Of a stretch of 64,000 nucleotides of DNA, positions 25,680 through 38,500 are shown piece by piece (the first letter of the stretch is position 1; each line of letters begins with the position of its first letter). Position numbers and translations under genes: made by a program. This stretch comes from Vermamoeba vermiformis. Taxonomy: Eukaryota. The notes under the pieces were generated by a model. The model saw only the letters and a program-made list of their open reading frames with translations. It ran no database searches and was not told where the DNA came from. The stretch covers positions 496,001 to 560,000 of the forward strand of contig JBEWZL010000232.1 of NCBI GenBank assembly GCA_045837725.1. Reading direction: 5' to 3'.

Positions 25680-26351
25680 TTAATTATTATTATTCTTAAC
25701 AATATTTATGCCCATAAGACGTGCAACACCTAGAATATCTTATATAAAACATGATTAGTAATTTTAGGTAATTTTGCTGTCGTACCTTCAGCTTTGACAG
25801 TTACTCGCCCCTGACGTTGAGCGAATATGTTTGCGTCTTCAAATAACATAATTAAAAATGCCTCTGAAGCCTCTGTATAGAGTTAGACGAGACTAGTCAA
25901 AAGCTGATCAGAGATCCGGATTTACCTTCCAAAGCTTGTGAAGCACCCAAATTGAGGTTGTATTCGTCTCCATAACTCATAGTAATTTCGCGGATAAGCT
26001 TGTGCAACTCTTGCAAGTCATCAGCACCCAGATTCGCTGTTTCACCTAATTTTCTAATTATTAGATTCTTATTTCTTCAAAATTTGCTATTTACGTACAA
26101 TCCAGTGTGCTTTCATCATTTAAATCCATAGAAGTATCATCATCTTCGCTTTCAAAGCCTACAATAAGAATTAATTTCATTTTTTTGTTATTTTCGATTA
26201 TTATTGTTATGGAACCTTCGTCACTGTCTCCAATTTCATTGCTGTTATTTTCTTCGATTTTTACTTCGTAATTGGCTGCACCAATTTGATTTTGCTGAAG
26301 GTCCGATCCTTCAGAATCAACAGTCCGCTTTACGGTTGCTTCCGAATCCAT
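25680..26351 (-). CDS. Divergent histone H3-like (histone-fold) protein with acidic N-terminal region, 5 exons, ~150 aa
   Basis: Spliced translation LHKLIREITMSYGDEYNLNLGASQALEEASEAFLIMLFEDANIFAQRQGRVTVKAEDILGVARLMG aligns without gaps to H3 [66 protein letters not shown]; GT-AG introns keep frame. Confidence 0.8.
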
Positions 26352-26951
26352 TACTTAATATGTAGAATAAGGTATGTGAATCCTCAAGGAAGGTGATCAA
26401 TCATTTGACGGAGCTGTGATACCACGTTAAAAAAGTTCTTTTTTTTAATTTCCTCCTAAACTTTAGAAGTATTTCCAAGTTCGATAGAATTCGAGTATCC
26501 TCACTCGTTATTCGCGTCGCTAGGACTTGTTTGGACGCCGCCAAATGCAGCAATTCACTTAGACTGGAGGGATTAAAGTAAAAGAGTTTGCAACAGTTCG
26601 TGAGCAAGACAATTTATGTACTATTGCTTTCTTACATTAGTAAAAAGATTCGAATTCGGGACCTAAAAAGAGTTTTCTCCTGCGATTGACGATGCTCTTG
26701 GAAGCGATCTGATCCAATTACCTTTGGAGTTTAAATTTGGGGGTGTGGGGTGAGAAAAGCTTCCATCGAGATCCATTGTCGGAGCCAAAGTCGCGTTGCC
26801 AGTACCAATGAACGGAGACGAGGCATTGGCTTTGAGATGGAAGTTGAAGTTTAGTGGCCTAATAAACTAGATTTTGAGGCCTCAATTGCTGTGAGTGGAT
26901 CCGTTGGTCCACTACGTCGTTGATACGACTTGACAGGTGTTATCAAAGAGT

Positions 26952-29900
26952 TCACATCAACGCCAAATCATACATTTGCATAATGAACCTTATTTTCGTG
27001 TGCAAGTCGTGCGTGCCGTTGATCAAATTGATTTTTGCGTCATCGGAGAATTTCGTCCACTGCATGACTTCTTCGTCTTCGAATATCTTGTCTTCGATAG
27101 CCTTATAGACTGATATAGGATATGTTATTTTGTATTGAGGAAGTAACTCTGCTTGTCTTTCTTTCAGCTGCTGATATTGTCTGTAACTGTCTTGCATAAT
27201 GTGATAATCTTTCTGAGCCATTTTAACGATCGGAGTTTTTCTTAGCAAAGTGTCGATTAGTCCGTCGTCTTCAGTGAAACCTGTCCGAATCAAAATAAGC
27301 CACGTGATCACAATATATTTGAATTATTTCGCTCACCTCCACCGCTGAACAATCTCTTGACGTCTTCAAATGTTGGCACTGAAGGGATTTCACGCTGAAA
27401 AGCAGCCAAATCTAGCGGACTAGGACAACTAGCGACAACAATTCGCTTGAGGTTGCAACCAGTCGCAGGAAATTTCCGTGCAATTTCATAGGCCACAAGA
27501 CCTCCAACACATTGGCCATAGAGCACAAACGGCGTAGAATTGATGAAGTTGTAATTGTCTTGAATAAACTTGTCCGCAACTTCTTCGAGATTCTTCGCGT
27601 AAAGCTCGTCGGAATAATTCGTTCTATTGGGAATTCTGACGGCGTACAATTGAAGTGTCGATGGTGCATCGTGCCAGTATCGAAGGAAATCCGATGCCTC
27701 CCCGCCTTAGAACAAGAATTAGTCGAGGTTTTTTCCAAATTTGGTAAACATACCTAAATCAGGCAAGCAAATGACTTTGACTTGGTGGTCAGGGGCAGTG
27801 TTCAAAGGCAACAACCAACCATTTTCGAGTCCGTTAGGCTTGACGCCTTCCACGACAAGTGTCACGAGTTGACGCATGTTCTTAATCTCGTACAAATCAG
27901 AGGCCAGTAGCACGTGCATCGAAATTCCGTTGAGTTTTTCGGTGAGTTCGACAGCGGACAATGAGCTCAGGCCAAGTTCTATCAATGATTTGTCGTCGCT
28001 GATAGCTTCTACTGGCAACTTCAATAAGTCGCTCAATATGGCCCTAATCTCTCGCATGATGTCTTCATTAGAGTAAACTTGATTGTTGCTTGCGGTTGTA
28101 CTCTCTGATCGTGACTCAAGCGCAGGAAGAATAGACTTTCGCACCACGTGTCGCATCACTGTGTTTTTTCGGGTAACAGGAAGGACTTCACCATATGGCA
28201 GCACGTGCATATTATTTCCTAATTTAGAATTTTAGTTGGGTATAGGATAGTCACGTGCTACTTACTGCTAATTCTAGCGTAGTACGGCAATTTCGATTGC
28301 AATCGGCTAATCTCGTGGAAAATTTGTTCTTCCGCAGAGATGTGACTAGAAACAATTGCTGTCGGCTCCACTACTGCAACGGTTTCCTTCTTGTCGTTCA
28401 GAATTAAGCAGATCCGATGAACCAGAGAAGATTGCTGCACGATCTCATGCTCGAATGGAATCGGATTGAATTTTTCGCCATTGGGATATACCAATAACTC
28501 GTCATTTCTGCATATGAACTTCAGGCTCGCACTATCTTCAGATTCATTGAACAGTTCAAAAATATCTCCTGTTCTGTAAAATCCATCGGCAGTGAAATTC
28601 GTTGCATTGATATACTCGTTGTTTAAGTAGCCAGATGTTATTGATGGACCTTTCGCCAGTAACTCGCCAATTTTTCCACCGTTGGTCGGCTGTACGTCGA
28701 GTTCAACCGGATCAATTTTGAATTCGCACCCTAACCGTACATGTCAGAAATTGTTTATATTTAAGTATCCTCTAATCTTACCTGGCATTTTTGCAAAGAT
28801 CAGAGGCGAAGCTTTTGGTCTTGAAATACAGATCGTGCCAACTTCAGTCGATCCGTAGCCTTGAATGAGCTGAACTGATCGGCTATTGAAATGTTCAATA
28901 GTGCTTTCCTCGATAGGAGCTCCGCCAAATAGAATGAATCGCATCTTTGACAAAACTTCAATCGAGCTGGAGATCTGGATCCATTGTTGAAGGATGTAAG
29001 GCACCACGCTGGCAACATTGGCCTCCATCGCATTGATCGCATTAAGTAGGTTCTGCCCGTTGCTCAATGATAAATCTAAGGGCGGACACACTGCATAAGT
29101 TGCACCAGGATACAGAGCTGTTTTGACTAACTCAACCACGAGGCCCATCACGTGATTTAATGGGAGCCATGCCAGTACTGTATTCTCTGAATCCACAATA
29201 TCGCTTAAGACTCGCGTTCGTGATTCAGCGCTGAAGATGATGCCGAGATGAGTGAATGGGATTGCCTTCGGTGTCGATGTAGATCCGGACGAGAACAAAA
29301 TCGCCGCTTCATCTTGTGGCTCGACAATATCGATGTAGTCATATTCACCATCAACACTCGTAATAAAGTCATTGACATCTAGGCCCCGTCTAGACTCTGT
29401 ATTGTTACTGTCATTCAAAGTGACCGCGTGTCCTCGGAAACTCTTCAACAAGGTGTCACTGTGTGAGGGATGATTGTCGATCCATTGAGCAGAGATAAAC
29501 AGAAACGAAGCACCAACGAAGTTGAGTTGCTCCAAGTACTCTTCAGGCTTCAAAATTGTTGATAAAGGTACGATCACAGCACCAATCTTCCAGGCAGCCA
29601 AAATGAGCAAAACTGCTGACATGGAGTTTGGCGAAATGAGCGCGACTCGACTTGCTTTCTTAACTCCAATTTGATGTAGATACTTTGCCAAGGCCCTGAC
29701 GGTGAAGTGTGTCGTTTGATATGAAAGTGAAGTGCTAACGGTCTTGATGAAAATCTTGCGCGGTGAAGTCTCCGCTTGAAGTTGCAAAAGATCACCGAGT
29801 ATTGCAGTCTTGAGGGTTAAGGAATTGTATTCCGTGTTTCTGTATTGTTCAGGCTTGTACTTCATGGTGATTGTTGTAACGGCTGTTGGGTAAAACAGTA

Positions 29901-30849
29901 CTGGCTTGTTACTCGGCAACGCGACTTTGCTAATGTGTTCAACCATGTCATTGAGGATTGGCATCAGCTCGGGCTTGTTCTCGACTTGATTCTTAAAGTC
30001 CTGTTCGCAGATAAAGCTCAACAGTGCCATCGTCGTGTCATTAATCGTGCCGCTAGTCTTGCTTTCTACAACTTCTGAGACGTCCAAGTACTGATTGAAT
30101 ATGCTACTTTTGTAGTTATAGCTCGATTTATGCTTTGCTAGAACCTGCTCGACCTCGTAACAATTGTAGATGCATCGCTTTGGAATGTTCGCGCGTTCAC
30201 TGAATATCCGTTGAATCTCGTTGAGTCCACCAGGAGCTTGTTGAAACACCAACAGGACACCAGAGGTATTCAGCAGTCGTAAAGTCTTCAATAGTGCTTG
30301 TTCTTTGTCTTCTGGGTAGTAGAGCACGTGCGACAGAATGATGAGATCGTACTTCTTGTCTTCGGGACTATTGAAGCCCTCAATAGTGGTCGGCAATATA
30401 CTGACTTCAACCATGTCACTTTCTAGTAAAGATGCGTTGCGGAAGTTTTCCCAGGCTTGCTCTACGTAGTGTCGGTTTGGCTCAACACACGTTAAGCTCA
30501 CGGCCCTATTGTCGTTCAATAGGAGCCTAATAACTTCTACCTCAATAGCGCCGTCACCACATCCAAATGAAAGAATATTTAGACGGCTTCTATTGTTACC
30601 TAAAAATAAAACTTAAGATTTGATCCGACGAATATACAATCCACTTTCTTGTATTTACCTTGCTTCTCGAGCAGCTTTCGGATGTTGCGTCTGCAGTAGT
30701 TTAAAATATTTTGGCGCGTGTTAGTGAGCTTACGAAGGACTCCAAAATAGCTGCAATAAGCTGCCTTGCCTTCCAATAAGTCTATTAAAATCATTAGTGG
30801 ACGGGACGTGCAAGATCACAAAGTTTACTAATTTACCTTGTCTATCCAT
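26952..30849 (-). CDS. NRPS-like multidomain enzyme: SAM methyltransferase - adenylation - carrier (T) - thioesterase
   Basis: MT: ILSFGCGDGAIE, CVEPN, YDLIILSHVLYY. A: FSSGSTSTPK, GYGSTE, GFYRTGD, NGEKFNP. T: LIELGLSSL. TE: VICLPDLGGG, LYGQCVGGLVAYE, GTHD. Start may be at 30879. Confidence 0.88.
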
Positions 30850-31047
30850 TGTCTGCGCCTTCTTGTACAACTTAAACATAAATTTTGCGCACCTTCTGTT
30901 TATGGAAGAACATTCTTTGAAGTACAGCTTCTTTGAAGATTCTGGTGAAGATCTGCTTCCCAATTTAGTTCCGAAGCTGCAGCTCCGAAGGTTCTTTCGG
31001 TCCACTGATGCTCCACGAAAGTCCCTAATACAAAAGATCGTTTCACA

Positions 31048-31903
31048 ATGTACATAACACTGATATTGATAATAATTGGACTTACGGCACTTTATGGCTT
31101 GCGAAGGAGGCAACCTGAGCGATTGCCGGATCTAGTCCGATCGGATCAACTAGACAAGCTGGCAAACCCAAATGATAGGAATGTTGCCATATTGCTCGAT
31201 TACCACGAGAAGTATATGAAGAACTTCTTAGCTAAGAGCCACGAACAGCTTGGGCGCAAAGGTGCAGTTTGTCCGTTCATCCCCATCTCGTTGAAGAAGA
31301 GCACGATCTACTACAAAATTATAGAAACGACGAATTTTGATGATGCAGCGTCGATAGTGCTAAAGTATAAAGATTTGTTTTTGCATCTTGAACCTGCCAG
31401 TGAACCCGATGCAGTCTACAAAACCATAATATTCATATTTACGAATTTGAACGGAGCAAAAGCAGGCCCTTTCATTGAAAATTTACAAAAGAAGCTCAAA
31501 CCTACAATGGTAAAGAATGGATTAATGATCGGCGACTTCCATCCACTCAGTAAACTGCCAGGTAGGCTTCAAAAATTAAAACTTAATTTTTGCATATAAA
31601 AAATCGCAGTGAGGCATTTGCACGAAGAAATAATGGCGAGACGACTTACGTAATTAATTTTCAGGATTGCACAATCCAAACTTCTACTCTCGAGCAGCAC
31701 CTTATCCTTCACTCGATATTCGGTACATGATTGTTGATGATTTTAAATTTTTGGCACCGCAGTTCCTCTCAATTAAAAACTACAACACTGAACAAGTGAA
31801 CGAGATGTTGCAGAGCTACATCCACCACGCTGCTCGTCTTACTGATAACAAGAACAATCAACAAATATTGGAAGCTGAGAAAGCGCTATTGTCATCAACA
31901 TAA
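31048..31903 (+). CDS. DUF6875-like protein with N-terminal TM/signal anchor, 2 exons
   Basis: LGRKGAVCPFIP, GLMIGDFHP, PGLHNPNF, PYPSLDIRYMIVDDFKFL match my recollection of the bacterial DUF6875 consensus; intron ~31562-31664. Confidence 0.7.
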
Positions 31904-32077
31904 GTAAACATGTTTGTAAATAAGAAAGAGCACCAGGGTTTTCGAGCAGCTAAAAACGGCGATTGGTGACCGTTACAAAATCACTTTGAAATTAAATAGT
32001 TTATCGTAATTACACTGCGTATTCACATTACATTATTCAGCACGAGGAAGTACCGAAAACTAGCAAAGAGAATCAGA

Positions 32078-33175
32078 TTAGTTCATCTCTTTGCTGCTTT
32101 CAAGACGAGCGCTCTCGTCGATCTCCTCTTCTTCCTCTTCGGAGCTATCACTATCACTATCGCTGCTGCTATCATTGTCGCTCTCATCACTGCTCTCCTT
32201 GTTTTCTGACTCAGACTTCTTAGCTGATGATGTTTTCAAGCCTTGATCTGAGTTGACTGCGAGCTGCTTTTTCTCTTCACGTTCAGCAATCTTGTCCCAT
32301 TGTTCATACTTAGCAGCTCTCCACCAGCAAGCACTCACGATAGAGAACGTCAACTATTGAGTATTAGTTGATGTAAGCTCAAAGAAAGTATGAAAAGATC
32401 GCGATCGACACGCGATCAGTTTTACAGTACTTACAGTTCCAGCCAGCACAACGACCGAAATACCACCAAAGATGCCGTGAGTTCTCATGCGGACTGAAAT
32501 ACAATCGTTAATGATCATGAAGTATAACGTCTTGTGGCAGGTCTGATCGAGTCACAATTTATCGCGCAATCCGGGTACTTACGAGTATTACATTGATAAA
32601 GATTCGTAATATTGGCGTCAAAGCACGCTTGCTTAGCACCTTCGGTATCATTGTACACGAGGGCAATGTAAGCAACATATGAGGCCAGGATCCAAACTGA
32701 AAGGAGGAACAAAAGCCAGAAATGCTATTTTAAGAAAATAAATGCCAAGTTTCGTAAAATTAAATATTATCATATTCTTACGGTTAAAATAATCTTTCGT
32801 GTCTTCTTGCCCGAGGCAACGAAACCAACGATGGATGCCACGATAATCCAAGCAAGAGTAACTATAATATGCCAATTAATACGTGCATATATAATTTACC
32901 GCCAACCAAAGATTTTGTCTCAATTTAATTATCAAGTCCGTTTTTTTAAAATTCGGATTAATTATTCTTACTGCCGGTAAACGCTAGGCGAAGTATAGAT
33001 CGTGGTGCCGCGAGGGCATTGATTAGGGCAAATGCAAAGCAAGCGCCTCCGACGACCTATGAATAGGGCAAGTTTAGTTAACTGATCTGAGCGGTTTAAT
33101 TCCGTCTATGTTGCTTACTAATAGAATGACCATAAGGCCAATATTGGCCTTAGCATATTTTTCTACAGAGGGCAT
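32078..33175 (-). CDS. Four-TM membrane protein with Cys-containing loop and acidic/Ser-rich tail
   Basis: Four hydrophobic segments over several exons; loop CFDANITNLYQC..PDCAINC; tail SSDSDSDSSEEEEEE. Confidence 0.65.
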
Positions 33176-33391
33176 CGTGTTCGTTCTATCTACAAAAAAT
33201 TACAATGACACCACTCTCGTGACCGAAACAATTTATTTTGAACATAAACCATAAAAGGAAATCAGACTCGCGTGAGAAACCGCCTCTGTTCAACATTGGT
33301 GGGGCAATGATGTCCCACTCAGTTACTTACAATCGGAGTAAGTACGGCGAGTAAGCTACGCTGGGTCAGGAAAGTCAAGTATGCTACATTT

Positions 33392-34809
33392 TTATGCAAT
33401 ATATACATGAAACACGAGTGAAATGATGTCAATGAGCGAAATAACTCCGACTAATTTCCTCGAGTAGTTAGTCACGTAGAACTGGTGCACCTTCGTGTCT
33501 ACAAACTTCTGTACCACCTGTGCACGTGCTTTTAGTACCAATAGAAATATAAGGTGTTTATTACTTACTTCAGCGACAGTATTATCCGGAGTAACGACAT
33601 AGTTCTCTGCATTTTTTGGGTTCGTTTTTCGAAGCTGATCCAAGAACTCATCCACCGTCAAGAGCACTTGCCCGAATAAATTGTCATCATAACCTAAGAA
33701 ATACGGATTCAATTCAAGCCCTTATAAATGCAGCTGCTATCTACCTATTATTTTGAAGTCGGAACTGCTGAAGCTATCTATGTACACCCCGTTATCATCG
33801 ACAATAGGCAGGGCACTGAACTTGTGTTCTTGAAAACTTAAAAGCACATCTTTCACGAGCTCGTTTTTCGTTGCAGAAATGACTTCCCTAAACAAGACAG
33901 GTTAATCCCGATACTCGAATCAAATTGGATCGTTGTGCTATGATATGATCATCGCTAATATATGAAGTGGCCTCTTGACGTACTTGTATCCTAGTTTTAT
34001 ATCTCCCACAGTCTTGGTAGCGAATCCAAACGAGTTCATATGTTGATGCAAGTATTTCACCAGTTGTGACTGCGATAGAACGGCGACGAGTTCATCTTTT
34101 TGGTTAACAATAGGGACCCTATATTGTGCCAACAGTTAATAATGTATTGATATTGTTGTGAGCACGAGCACAGGTTATGGCTTAATGCTGCATGGATCTA
34201 TTTATACCTCCGTAGAAAGCCTAAGTCAACCATAACGGAGATAACTGTTTCGATATTTGCTTGTTCTACGACTTGGATGAAGACATCGCGGCCAGAGGCG
34301 TTGACTAATTCGCCACATGTAGCTGCCGAGAATTTTTGAAAGTGACTAATCTGATCGATGTATTCTGTTGTATGTTAGTAATTATATTATATTGCATAAT
34401 ATAATATGTTGCACACCTTTTGATTCGCTGTATTGTTGAAGCTCTCCTTTGGAAAGAACTTTAACCGCGTGACAAAGGATGTCTTTTACGTCCAAGAAGG
34501 AGGCAAATTTCTTTAATTTTGAATCGTAAACGGGCAATCCCAAGATCTTATTTTCTATTAAGAGCTTTAGCGCTGTTGAAACCTGTAATGAAATTGAATA
34601 AAATTAATGGTAATTAAAAATAATTCATGAAAAATATTTCTAGGACTTTTATGTATCTAGCGAATGATATTATTACTTACCGAGTCTGTATCCTGAACTG
34701 TAATTAATTTTGGATTTTCTATAATGATCTGGCGCACTTTTGTATTTTTGAGCACGTCTAAACCTTCTTGCGTGCGCTCTTTCTTTAACTCTGCAAATGG
34801 ACCATCCAT
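33392..34809 (-). CDS. Four-CBS domain protein (AMPK-gamma/Sds23-like)
   Basis: KILGLPVYD..FASFLDVKDI; YRVPIVNQKDELVAVLSQSQLV; FSALPIVDDNG; LVGVISLIDII. Confidence 0.85.
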
Positions 34810-35544
34810 ATTTAAAGTTGCTATTATGGACACGGATAGTGGTGAAGAGATAAGATTTGAACTCGAAAAAAAATTATCACGTTTGCGCCAATGACCTTGC
34901 CTAACACAGTTCAGCCTATTTATGTTATAGAGATGGATCGTATGCTCTCCAATACCTAGTCGTAGCACTAGTACCTCGTGTGACTGGCCAATCTGTACGG
35001 ATGAAAATGTTCTCGTCTTTGTGAGGTAATTAACTATCTCTTTTGCCCAAATAATTACAGCAATTTTAGCACGTAAATTTATGTTGCCGAATTCAATAAT
35101 CATACTAACTAAATATCTTTTGATATTTATTTTCGTTGATCAAAAACCGGTGTCAATAATGACGTGATTCTAGTAACTGAGTTAATAGAATCATAGTATA
35201 TAGTACCAAGGATGGCGCTTAATTATTTTGGTAATTTTTACGTTTGGTTTTTTTTCTGATCGCTACCTCTTATTTTGGCCAATATATTAAGCAACAAAAG
35301 CGAGCGTAAATATCATATATTTATTGCAGCCATTCCCAGAGGTTATGTTCTTAAGAATTTACGTTCAAAGTACGGCGGTTAGTCAAATTAACAGAAATTT
35401 CTGCGTCGTTGCTAAAAACAGCCCGCGTTGCCTCAATCATTTAGTGATTCGCTAAAACTGAAATTAAAGCAACAGTTGGCGCTTATTTATTTGTAATATA
35501 TATCGCATATTTTTGTAATATACGTCGCGAGTGCAGATCCAACC

Positions 35545-38500
35545 ATGACGCAGAAGGTTTGCGGCACTGCCTTTCGTGATAGAGCCCGACAATCTCGCTT
35601 ATTGATGAAAAAGAACTTCATACTAATGGTACGTAGCTATTAGCATCGTCATATTATAATGGAGATCATGGAAGAAATTTTAGTAGGTTACGCTTATTAA
35701 CCGGTTAAATATTTTAGATACGTAATAAAAAAGCATCAGTGCTTCAGATATTGGTTCCTATCGGATTCGTCGCCTTTGTAAGTGCCATAAAATAATATTT
35801 ATTTTATTATTTATTATTTTTTCGGCGGATCCTTAAAAATTTTATTTTAGCTCTTCTTACTGCAATACGCGAACCAGGAGAATGATAGACAGTCTATAGA
35901 CAGACGATATAGTAAGTTTGATAAATAAATTCAACGGTTATTAGCAATCCATTAAATTTCCATCTTTAGCACGGAACTCTTCCGACCAACCTATCAATCC
36001 AATCCCTCGCTGCGTCAAATTTCCAGATAAGGATCGTTGCTATACGTTAGGTTATACTAATGAGCGCGATAAGAATGTTCGACTAATTATGGAGCAAGTA
36101 AGTTTGATTTCTAGCCCGCTTGATCTGACTAAAGTAGATTCAATTGGACAATGGTATTCCTGACGATGAAGTCATATCTTTTATAAGCGAGTCGCAAGCG
36201 AACGCTTTCTTATTGAACAATCCGAATATGACAACTGCAGGTAAGATCTAACCGCAACTTCGGAAATTTGAACCAATTTTACATTTCAGTTTATCATATT
36301 TCTATGGATTACGGATGTGATTCCATAGCATCTGCCTATGCAAGAGAAGTATGCTTTGGCGAAGAGTAAGTCGTATAATTAGTTTCAACGTTTCTTGTAC
36401 TAATGATAATTATAGGCACGATATTGACGAAGTTCGTGGCATGCGTTACACGTTGCAATATAATTTTACGTTCCATAGCGACAAAGGATTTGTTATAGAT
36501 CCCGTCCCTGCCGTTGCTATTCCTTTTATTCGCGCACTTGATCGTGCAGTTTGTAAGTACCAAGTAGTGAACTGGTTGATCCGATCTGACCTCGTAAAGT
36601 TTGGCTGTTTGGAAGAATTGAATATGAAGTGGTATTGCTACCATTCCCTCACCCAACACTACAAGTGCTCGATGTCATTGGCACAGTTGGTCCATTCTTC
36701 TTCTTTGGCGCGTTGATGTTCAATTTCGTGGTGCAGATCGGCCAGATCGTCAGCGAAAATAAGTTCAAACTACGAGAGAGCATGAAGGTCATGGGTCTTA
36801 GAGTACGTACAATTTCACTAAGTTGCGATTGTATGCAAATTAATATTCTTCAGGACTTCTCTTTCTGGTTCACGTGGTTCCTGACGAATCTTACTATGAA
36901 CGTCATCTCCGTGTTCATTTTGATCGGAGCTGGATTATTATTTCAGTTCCCGTTCTTCCTCAAGAACGACTTTGCGGTCTATTTCATCCACTTCTTCCTC
37001 TTTGCTCTTTCGATGGTTCCTTTGGCTTTGTTTGTAGCTACCCTGGTGAAATCTCCGTCAACAGCGAGTACGTAATACGAAGACAACCCTTGACCGTGCT
37101 TGTGCTCTAACATCTGACAGCATCACTTGGCTTCATCATTTTCTTGTTCGGCACCATCATTCAAGTAGCAGCTCGTTTGATTTATCGTGACGACTCGAAG
37201 AACTATCCTTGGCAAGTAATCTTCTCTTTGCTCTTTCCATTCGCAGTGTTTGCCAAGGGTCTCAATGACTTGGGAACGTATGCACGCGATGACCAAGATG
37301 GACTTCGATGGGAGAACAGAGGTGATTACGGTTACTTCCCACTGCTCGAACAATGGAAATGGTACGGCATCGACATTGCACTGTACTTGTTCTTGACTTG
37401 GTTCTTTGACGCCGTGCTGTACTTGAAACTCAAGCCGTGGTTCATGTTCACAAAATCTTATTGGCTTGGAGCCACGAAGCGCTCAGTGAAAAAGGTATGG
37501 CTGACCCCGATCGCGTAATTGAGCTAATAGCATCATAGGCACAGGACACGGAAACGTTGGCTGATCTGCTTGAGGGGTCGAGAGATATTGACGTGTTACT
37601 GGAGGAAGAGATGATTAAGAATGGAAAGATTGGAGACAAGACTGCAGTTGTGCTCAATAGACTCGAGAAGACATACAAAAAGAAGACTTGCTCCGCGAAA
37701 GGTGGTGTGTTCCGAGCAGTGAAAGGCACCTACTTGACAATGTAAGTTTGATGAGACCCGTATTGGCCTTGTATGATTCGTCTCATTCGTACCGTGTACT
37801 GACATTGCGTTAGTGACGAAGGCAACCTGTTGGTGCTGTTGGGTCACAACGGAGCAGGAAAGACAACAACCATCGGCATGCTGACAGGTCTGCTGTCACC
37901 AACATCAGGTGATGCATTGATCTTTGGCAACTCGATCATCACAGACATGGATGAGATTCGCAAAGTGATGGGAGTGTGTCCACAATATGACATCTTGTGG
38001 CCTCAAATGACGGGTCGTGAACACTTGGAACTCTTTGCGGCTCTCAAGGAAGTCAGCAAGGATCAAATAGAGAATGAAGTAGTCGAGCGCTTGAGCGACG
38101 TTGATCTGCTGAAGGTACAGAATATTCCTTCAGAAGGTTACTCGGGAGGCATGAAGCGACGACTCTCTGTGGCAATCTCTTTGATTGGTAACCCGAAGAT
38201 CGTTTTCTTGGACGAACCGACCACTGGAATGGATCCTGTCTCAAGGTAAGTCCTTCCCAACATGACACGTGCACATCAAATAACTCACTATTTTTATTAG
38301 ACGAAAGGTGTGGAACTTAATCGAGCGAGTGAAAAGAGGACGCGTCACACTTCTGACCACTCACTCGATGGAAGAAGCAGACATTCTTGGTGACAAGATT
38401 GCCATCATGAAAGATGGGTACATGGCAGCAGTTGGTACAAACTTGCGACTGAAGAACAAGTTCGGCACAGGGTACTCAGTCACCATTCTTTCTGACCCGG

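Noticed and set aside
30730-31113. Minus-strand ORF overlapping the DUF6875-like gene start
   Set aside because: It is the open frame upstream of the NRPS-like first exon; no evidence of a separate gene.
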